From a virus (lineage: Duplodnaviria; Heunggongvirae; Uroviricota; Caudoviricetes): a DNA stretch of 12,907 bases. How positions within the stretch are numbered: the stretch's first letter is position 1; the number at the start of each line of letters is the position of its first letter. Below the pieces are notes generated by a model. It searched no databases, was not told the DNA's origin, and saw only the letters and a program-made list of their open reading frames with translations. This document shows, piece after piece, positions 6,800 through 12,081 of the stretch. The stretch lies in the IMG/VR virus record IMGVR_UViG_3300021400_000055, positions 1 to 12,907 of that record; one strand, given 5' to 3'. The position numbers were made by a program, and so were the translations under genes.

Positions 6800-8521
6800 T
6801 CAAATGTTAGGTCTACCCTCTCTTGATTTTAGAGCTGGTATATTATTAGTACGATCTGGTACCGGATTTGGTTTTTTAGTTTTGTTTTCTATCTGATTAT
6901 TAGTCTGTGACTCTGTTGTAGACACTGTCGTAGTCTTTTCTTGTGCCTTGTCAACATCATTAGGTGATACAAATGGTGTATCAGGAGACACAGTTTCATA
7001 TAGTATGTCTGTTTCTTCTTCTTTGTTTTTCTTCTCGGTTGCGTAGTCGTAGCCAAGATTAGATAACAAGGTCTTTTGTGAGATGATGCCATTTAGAGCT
7101 AGTTGTTGATTTATTGTTTCATCAGTCATGCTTGGTAAGTTAGTGTTTATACTAATAGATATGTCGTCAATATTATAGTATGTATTAGATATAAGGTTGA
7201 TTCTCTGGAAGAAGTTAGCCCATCTATGTTTTATTAGCACCACGATGCCCTGTCTTATGTCGTCTAGCATTAGTGCCATAGTGTAAAATTTTCTATCGAT
7301 AGCGCTCGCATTCATATCTCCTGAGTTAAAGGCTGCGTCAGATGTATTAGGTATACCACTGACCTGAAAAATACTGTCAACGTAGTATTTTAAATATTTT
7401 GTCGCATCCTCTGCGTGTATTTCTTTTAATAGCCAACTGACATCTCCTCCCTCTTGAACGAAGAAAGTGCGTGAGTTCTGTAAATGCTCATCTTCAATTT
7501 CACGAGCTGGGTTTATAATTTTATCTGGATTTGACGCGGAAACGGGTTTCTCTGGGTCAAACGCTGGATTAGGTATTGTTAGTGGGTTCTCAGGACGATA
7601 GCCACTGATTTTTAGTTTAGCATCTGTGTCATTATATTGATACATATTATTTAAATTATTCATAATCTGCTCGTAAGAAGTAACCAGTGGGATTATTGGA
7701 TCTATTATACTTACGCATGGGTCTGGCTCAAACACTGAGAACGTAGGTATCCTATGTGATGATGGTTTCTCTTCTTTTAGTGTTACCACTTCTTTATATT
7801 TATTTGTACTATCTTCACCTGTAGTCTTATCATATATAGATGTTGAATAATTAGATGTGTATGGGTTACATTCAATACAATAGTACAAAGTGTGCTCTTG
7901 ATTGTCTTCTGAGTTACGTGCTGATAAGGTGTAACGTGTAATTAAGGCTACTGCGTTTTGCTGATTTATATCACTGATATCTGTAGGGAATAACGCAACT
8001 GTATTAAGAGCACTGAGTGGATAATATGTATAATTTGGCTCTGAAGATTGAGGAGTAGTACCATCAATAGAATCTGCTTGTGTAGGAGCTAAGTCTAATT
8101 GTCTTTCATATGCACAACCGTAAAGGACTGCATCGTGGAATAATTGCTTCAATACTTTTGAATCATCATTTTTTGATGACAAAGTTGTGATTATAAACTT
8201 CAATTGTGCAGCTGTGTCTGGGTCTAATGGCTCTGTATGTGATGGATGAAGAAGACGGTATGCTGGCTCTTCTGATTGGTCTACAATTTCAGCACTATAT
8301 ACTATTTCTCCACTTAAGTAACCTGCGGCCAAGTCTGTTATAAATTTTTCAAAGAAAACTTGGACTTTGTCACCGGTTGCACTATCAGTAGAAGTAATAC
8401 CACGTAAATATCTATCTTGAATTTCTGCACGTTTATTTAACACGGCATCTACTTCGCTGAACAAATCTTGAATATGACCTGAATCATACTCATCTTTAAT
8501 GTTTTTTGATATTTTTATCAT
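6800..8521 (-). CDS. Portal protein, SPP1 gp6-like (573 aa)
   Basis: Motifs 'KFITDLAAGYLSG', 'IIPLVTSYEQIMNNLNN', 'GGDVSWLLK', 'IFQVSGIPN', 'NASAIDRKF', 'SQKTLLSNLG'; size; AAAGGAGGT RBS. Confidence 0.9.
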   Translation of the reverse strand: MIKISKNIKDEYDSGHIQDLFSEVDAVLNKRAEIQDRYLRGITSTDSATGDKVQVFFEKFITDLAAGYLSGEIVYSAEIVDQSEEPAYRLLHPSHTEPLDPDTAAQLKFIITTLSSKNDDSKVLKQLFHDAVLYGCAYERQLDLAPTQADSIDGTTPQSSEPNYTYYPLSALNTVALFPTDISDINQQNAVALITRYTLSARNSEDNQEHTLYYCIECNPYTSNYSTSIYDKTTGEDSTNKYKEVVTLKEEKPSSHRIPTFSVFEPDPCVSIIDPIIPLVTSYEQIMNNLNNMYQYNDTDAKLKISGYRPENPLTIPNPAFDPEKPVSASNPDKIINPAREIEDEHLQNSRTFFVQEGGDVSWLLKEIHAEDATKYLKYYVDSIFQVSGIPNTSDAAFNSGDMNASAIDRKFYTMALMLDDIRQGIVVLIKHRWANFFQRINLISNTYYNIDDISISINTNLPSMTDETINQQLALNGIISQKTLLSNLGYDYATEKKNKEEETDILYETVSPDTPFVSPNDVDKAQEKTTTVSTTESQTNNQIENKTKKPNPVPDRTNNIPALKSREGRPNI

Positions 8522-8545
8522 CAGGATTTACCTCCTTTTGTTCAC

Positions 8546-8585
8546 ATTATAGTATTTTTTATTTTTAATTACAAGTGGAGTACAA
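8546..8585 (-). promoter_or_regulatory. Portal-operon promoter with upstream TTGTACTCCAC box
   Basis: Minus strand TTGTAA (8574-8569), 17-nt spacer, TATAAT (8551-8546); same 14-mer as 3161-3174 in the same register. Confidence 0.75.
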
Positions 8586-8756
8586 CTTCGTTGTCTTTTC
8601 CTCCGACAACAGTCGGGGGAGATCCCAATTTAGTTTACATAATGTTGTGATGTTGATATATGTTTTGTGAGTCGCCAGTACATTTGCCTGCTCGCAAAGA
8701 TATACTAGGCAAGGCTTTGCAGGTTTTTAGTACGTAAAAAGTTAGCTAAAAAATTG

Positions 8757-8785
8757 TTGTAAATGTTTATAAAATTTGGTATAAT
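8757..8785 (+). promoter_or_regulatory. Early sigmaA promoter with extended -10
   Basis: TTGTAA (8757-8762), 17 nt, TATAAT (8780-8785), with TG at 8777-8778 (TGnTATAAT); upstream of the small-gene array. Confidence 0.8.
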
Positions 8786-8799
8786 AAAATAAAAAAGAC

Positions 8800-8828
8800 T
8801 GTTTATATTTATATTATAAATATAAACA
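8800..8828. promoter_or_regulatory. Perfect 29-bp palindrome (operator or 5' hairpin)
   Basis: tgtttatatttata-t-tataaatataaaca, 14-bp arms, between the early promoter and the first RBS. Confidence 0.6.
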
Positions 8829-8849
8829 CAAAAAAAAGAGGTGGTAAAA

Positions 8850-8972
8850 ATGAAAAAAGAAATTGAAAACAAAATCAATGACTTAATATACAAAGCTAAT
8901 CACACAAGCGACTTTAAAAGGTGGCAAAAAATAAATGCACAAATAAACAAGTTAAAAAAAGGAGTTGATTAA
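8850..8972 (+). CDS. Small early protein, 40 aa (MKKEIENKINDLIYKANHTSDFKRWQKINAQINKLKKGVD)
   Basis: Read by hand. AAGAGGTGG RBS; TAA lies inside junction repeat copy 1. Confidence 0.7.
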   Translation: MKKEIENKINDLIYKANHTSDFKRWQKINAQINKLKKGVD

Positions 8973-8973
8973 A

Positions 8974-9072
8974 ATGAAATATGAGCAATTAATACAAGAA
9001 TTATTAAACACAAGAATTAATGACATAAAAAGAATAAATGAAATTTTAAAGAAATTGAAAGGAGTTGATTAA
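8974..9072 (+). CDS. Small early protein, 32 aa (MKYEQLIQELLNTRINDIKRINEILKKLKGVD)
   Basis: Read by hand. Runs exactly from junction repeat 1 (RBS and ATG) to the TAA in repeat 2. Confidence 0.7.
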   Translation: MKYEQLIQELLNTRINDIKRINEILKKLKGVD

Positions 9073-9073
9073 A

Positions 9074-9346
9074 ATGATTTTATTGTATGAGTTAAAACCA
9101 AAATTTGACAGAGCAAAAAGTTTTTACAAAAAAGCAAATGTATACAGAGATGACGAAGGCAATATTTTACTAATGAGCTACACAACAATAGTTGCAAAAA
9201 TTACAGATAAAATTGCAACAGAAGATGGCAAGGAAAAAGTTGAAGTTTATGGTTATTATTCAGCAACAACAGCAAGACATATAAACGAATTTTTACAACA
9301 ATATGGTTATCCAAAAATGAATAAAAAAGAAATGGAAAGGAGTTGA
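9074..9346 (+). CDS. Conserved phage hypothetical protein (90 aa)
   Basis: True ATG is in junction repeat 2. 'KSFYKKA..LMSYTTIVA..GYYSATTARHINEFLQQYG' resembles a widespread uncharacterised Firmicute phage family (recognised from memory). Confidence 0.8.
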   Translation: MILLYELKPKFDRAKSFYKKANVYRDDEGNILLMSYTTIVAKITDKIATEDGKEKVEVYGYYSATTARHINEFLQQYGYPKMNKKEMERS

Positions 9347-9351
9347 TTAAA

Positions 9352-9714
9352 ATGAAAACAATTAATGCAAAACTATTTGCACTAAAGTACAAACTTTTGA
9401 AGAAACTAAACGCAAGTTTAGAGAAAGATAAAGAAGCAATAAAAAATGGTGCAAAAATAACATTTGAAAATTATGCAAAAATTCAACTTGTTGAATGTAC
9501 TAGAAAATCATATTCAAAAGAAGTACAACAAGAGCTTGAAGAATATGCAAAATCAAAAGGTTACGAAAAACAAGAAACTAAATACATTAGAGTAGATGTT
9601 GACTGTATAGATGATGACATTGACAGCAAGGTCGATAGCATACTAGACACCTTAGAAGACAGCAACGACAGGGATATAAGAAGAGTAGCCAGCAAAGTAG
9701 CGAATAAAAAATAA
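9352..9714 (+). CDS. Hypothetical early protein (120 aa)
   Basis: True ATG is in junction repeat 3; clean A-rich coding-strand ORF. Confidence 0.8.
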   Translation: MKTINAKLFALKYKLLKKLNASLEKDKEAIKNGAKITFENYAKIQLVECTRKSYSKEVQQELEEYAKSKGYEKQETKYIRVDVDCIDDDIDSKVDSILDTLEDSNDRDIRRVASKVANKK

Positions 9715-9737
9715 GGGGGCGACCCTAAAAAGCCCCC
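9715..9737 (-). terminator. GC hairpin with U-tract on the antisense strand
   Basis: GGGGGC-N11-GCCCCC flanked by A-tracts on the plus strand, so followed by TTATTTTTT only on the minus strand. Confidence 0.45.
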
Positions 9738-9762
9738 CCAAAAAAGAAAGGAGTTGATTAAA

Positions 9763-9876
9763 ATGAGATATGAAGATTACCAAGAATATTTCAATATTGA
9801 ATATATACCAAACAACACAATAAAAGAAGCATACGAGGAATTTAAAGAGGGGGGTGAAGAATATGAAGAGCAATAA
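9763..9876 (+). CDS. Small acidic early protein, 37 aa (MRYEDYQEYFNIEYIPNNTIKEAYEEFKEGGEEYEEQ)
   Basis: Read by hand. RBS and ATG from junction repeat 4; TAA at 9874-9876. Confidence 0.65.
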   Translation: MRYEDYQEYFNIEYIPNNTIKEAYEEFKEGGEEYEEQ

Positions 9877-10033
9877 ATTATTCAATCAATACAGAAGAAT
9901 ATCATTCAAAACTTTTATGATAAATACAAGCGAGCGACCAAGTAGTAAAGACCTACAAAAATTAAATAACTATAACATCAAAATGCAACAAATTGAAAAA
10001 CAGCTAAATGAGCAAGGGGTTTACATTCACTAA
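9863..10033 (+). CDS. Small early protein, 56 aa (MKSNKLFNQYRRISFKTFMINTSERPSSKDLQKLNNYNIKMQQIEKQLNEQGVYIH)
   Basis: Read by hand. GAGGGGGGTGA RBS; overlaps the previous gene by 14 nt. Confidence 0.65.
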   Translation: MKSNKLFNQYRRISFKTFMINTSERPSSKDLQKLNNYNIKMQQIEKQLNEQGVYIH

Positions 10034-10103
10034 AGTAGAAACGCTCCCGAATGTTTTAAATAGGAGGGGGTGCGAAGAGTATACCAAGAAAGGAGGTGAT
10101 TAT

Positions 10104-10229
10104 ATGGAGGAATTAATCAAAGAGCTAGATGAATTGCAAAATGAATTAAGAGGGGCAGATATGTCTATCCCAGAAAATGTACAAAAATACAACAGAATGC
10201 AAGAATTAATAAAAGAAATTTATAAATAG
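10104..10229 (+). CDS. Small helical early protein, 41 aa (MEELIKELDELQNELRGADMSIPENVQKYNRMQELIKEIYK)
   Basis: True start at 10104 behind a perfect AAAGGAGGTGA RBS; the listed 10008 start is an upstream extension with no RBS. Confidence 0.75.
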   Translation: MEELIKELDELQNELRGADMSIPENVQKYNRMQELIKEIYK

Positions 10230-10241
10230 GAGGTGATTAAT

Positions 10242-10457
10242 ATGAGAATGAATTTAATTAACAAAATCTACAACTTACTAGTAAAACACAACATTACAGA
10301 TATATACAACAGCCTAAGTATTGATACACATACAATTGTACTACAAGAAGACAATGTGACAGTACATGAAGTATACACATATGGATATGCTGACATCATC
10401 GGACTAACAAGTGAAGAATTCGCAACATTAGAATATACATTAAACAGCACAAATTAA
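10242..10457 (+). CDS. Hypothetical early protein (71 aa)
   Basis: AGGAGGTGA RBS overlapping the previous stop; ATG at 10242. Confidence 0.75.
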   Translation: MRMNLINKIYNLLVKHNITDIYNSLSIDTHTIVLQEDNVTVHEVYTYGYADIIGLTSEEFATLEYTLNSTN

Positions 10458-10713
10458 TATAGAAAGGGGGTGATTATATGACACAAATCATTTATACAAT
10501 AGTAAAAAACAACGAGCTAATATTAGCACAGAATATTCCATACGATGACAAGACAGAAGCAAAAAGACAATTAAAAACAGTATACGAGGACATCAAGACA
10601 AAACCAAATATTAAAGACATCACATACAACAGCACACAATTAATCTTTACAGATACAGCCGAAAACGACAGCGATGAAATACATAAATTTGAAATAATAT
10701 AGAAAGGGGGTGA
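10455..10713 (+). repeat. Second junction repeat family taatatagaaagggggtga (2 exact 19-bp copies)
   Basis: Copies at 10455-10473 and 10695-10713. Also 10087-10106 matches 10461-10480 at 19 of 20 positions. Confidence 0.85.
10478..10702 (+). CDS. Hypothetical early protein (74 aa)
   Basis: AAAGGGGGTGA RBS; bounded by the two 19-bp junction repeats. Confidence 0.75.
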   Translation: MTQIIYTIVKNNELILAQNIPYDDKTEAKRQLKTVYEDIKTKPNIKDITYNSTQLIFTDTAENDSDEIHKFEII

Positions 10714-10717
10714 GCTT

Positions 10718-11026
10718 ATGGAAAAATATACACTATATGTAGGCTTAAATGATAAAGACAAAAAACAACAACTAATCAGCACCATAGAGGCATACAAAAT
10801 TTGTAATAACATTTTATTACACTATACGGACGGAGCTACAATATTCGAGGCAAGTGGTATATATAAACATCAAGACGGCACATTCACAATAGAGAAAACC
10901 CTACGTATAGAGTTATTATTCACAAATAAAGAAACCATTGACAGTATAGTACAAGACCTAAAGAAAGCATTTAATCAAGAAAGCATTGCGGTACAAAAGC
11001 AAGTAATAGACAGCTATTTGATGTAA
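10718..11026 (+). CDS. DUF3574-like / possible phage SAM-lyase-fold protein (102 aa)
   Basis: 'LYVGL...DGATIFEASGIY...G..TIEKTLRIEL...LKKAFNQESI' fits the DUF3574 pattern and the GxY..E..Q(D/E) layout recalled for T3-type SAM lyases. Confidence 0.6.
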   Translation: MEKYTLYVGLNDKDKKQQLISTIEAYKICNNILLHYTDGATIFEASGIYKHQDGTFTIEKTLRIELLFTNKETIDSIVQDLKKAFNQESIAVQKQVIDSYLM

Positions 11027-11048
11027 ACAGATATATAATGATACGATA

Positions 11049-11077
11049 TTGACTTTTAATTAAAACTATGGTATAAT
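11049..11077 (+). promoter_or_regulatory. Near-consensus sigmaA promoter for the AAA/DUF2201 operon
   Basis: TTGACT (11049-11054), 17 nt, TATAAT (11072-11077), with extended -10 TG at 11069-11070. Confidence 0.85.
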
Positions 11078-11089
11078 TAAAAGTGAACA

Positions 11090-11128
11090 GTGTATGGACA
11101 AGCCGAGTGCTTAATCTTAGCCATACAC
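11090..11128 (+). other. Structured 5' leader hairpin
   Basis: GTGTATGG (11090-11097) pairs with CCATACAC (11121-11128), enclosing an AAGC-cgagt-GCTT sub-hairpin, between the promoter and the RBS. Confidence 0.55.
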
Positions 11129-11144
11129 AAGAAAGGAGAATTTT

Positions 11145-12080
11145 ATGGAATTATTAATTGCGGACAAAATGAGACAAGTGGAAACAATTACACCTAGTCA
11201 ATACAAAAAACTACTTAAGGACGGTGGCAACAGAATGAATATATTCACATATGGCAAATCTGGTATAGGTAAATCAGCCATTGTGAAAGAATACGGAGAT
11301 GAAGAGGGCTTGAAAGTCATTCCATTTTCACTAGCAACAGAAATGCCAGAGGCTATGGGTGGTATTCCACACGCAACACAATCAGAGAAAGCAGTCGAAT
11401 ACTTTACAAGACTATTAGACGAAAGATTAAAACCACTATTTGAAACAGAGGGCAAAGGATATATACTATTCTTTGATGAGATGAACCAAGCACTACCAGA
11501 AGTATTAAATGCTTGTTACAGCATATGTCACCCAAACCCAGAGGAAAGAAACTGGTGCGGACACTCTTTAAAGTATGCACAAATAGTTGGTGCGGGTAAC
11601 TTATCAACAGGTGAAGACGGTACAGTGTACTTAAATGATATACCAACACCACTACACAACAGATTTCACATCTTTGAATTGAAATCAAATAAGAAAGACA
11701 CAAAGGACTACTTAAAAGCGAAATATAAAAACATACCACAAGTAGCCAAATACATCGACGTACTACTAGATGAAGACATACCACCTAGAGACATTGACGG
11801 TATACTACAAGTATTAGAATACAATATGGACGGCTTATGGATTTCAAGTAAAATAGGCAGTGCATTAACAACTAAACTATTTGACATACAGAAGAAAGTT
11901 AAATCAGTAGACCCAGCCAAAGCATTGAAAGCTTGTAGAGAGACATACGAGGCATTCAAGGAAAATGGTAGAGTATTATGGGCTGGTGATTACATAGAAG
12001 AAGAGGAGGACTTACTAAACGAATTCAGTAACATCTTAAGTGAAGAAGAAATCAAAAGTATAGTGAAAGGGGGCGAGTAA
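11145..12080 (+). CDS. MoxR-like AAA+ ATPase (311 aa)
   Basis: Walker A GKSGIGKS, Walker B ILFFDEMN, sensor-1 GAGN, arginine finger LHNRF; GAAAGGAG RBS; adjacent DUF2201-like gene. Confidence 0.88.
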   Translation: MELLIADKMRQVETITPSQYKKLLKDGGNRMNIFTYGKSGIGKSAIVKEYGDEEGLKVIPFSLATEMPEAMGGIPHATQSEKAVEYFTRLLDERLKPLFETEGKGYILFFDEMNQALPEVLNACYSICHPNPEERNWCGHSLKYAQIVGAGNLSTGEDGTVYLNDIPTPLHNRFHIFELKSNKKDTKDYLKAKYKNIPQVAKYIDVLLDEDIPPRDIDGILQVLEYNMDGLWISSKIGSALTTKLFDIQKKVKSVDPAKALKACRETYEAFKENGRVLWAGDYIEEEEDLLNEFSNILSEEEIKSIVKGGE

Positions 12081-12081
12081 T

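Larger units (their letters stand above)
8958..9766 (+). repeat. Four identical 20-bp junction repeats aaaggagttgattaaaatga
   Basis: Exact copies at 8958-8977, 9058-9077, 9336-9355 and 9747-9766, each containing the SD and ATG of the next gene. Confidence 0.95.

Noticed and set aside
4665-7092. Nested minus-strand ORFs 4665-4868 and 6889-7092
   Set aside because: Out-of-frame inside the lysin and portal genes with no convincing RBS; no lipobox, and a Gram-positive-type host makes an embedded spanin unlikely.
8958-9766. 20-bp direct repeats as a CRISPR array
   Set aside because: Repeat starts are 100, 278 and 411 bp apart, the intervening DNA is coding, the repeat is an SD plus ATG, and no cas genes are present.
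10042-10074. Weak hairpin CGCTCCC...GGGGTGCG with an orphan GGAGG
   Set aside because: Only about 7 bp with a bulge and a large loop, no U-tract and no suitably spaced start codon.
8705-11959. Minus-strand ORFs 8705-8893, 9201-9392, 9652-9885, 10268-10450, 10492-10812, 11198-11455, 11404-11784, 11708-11959
   Set aside because: Antisense to well-supported plus-strand genes or promoters, with no SD and no recognisable motifs.
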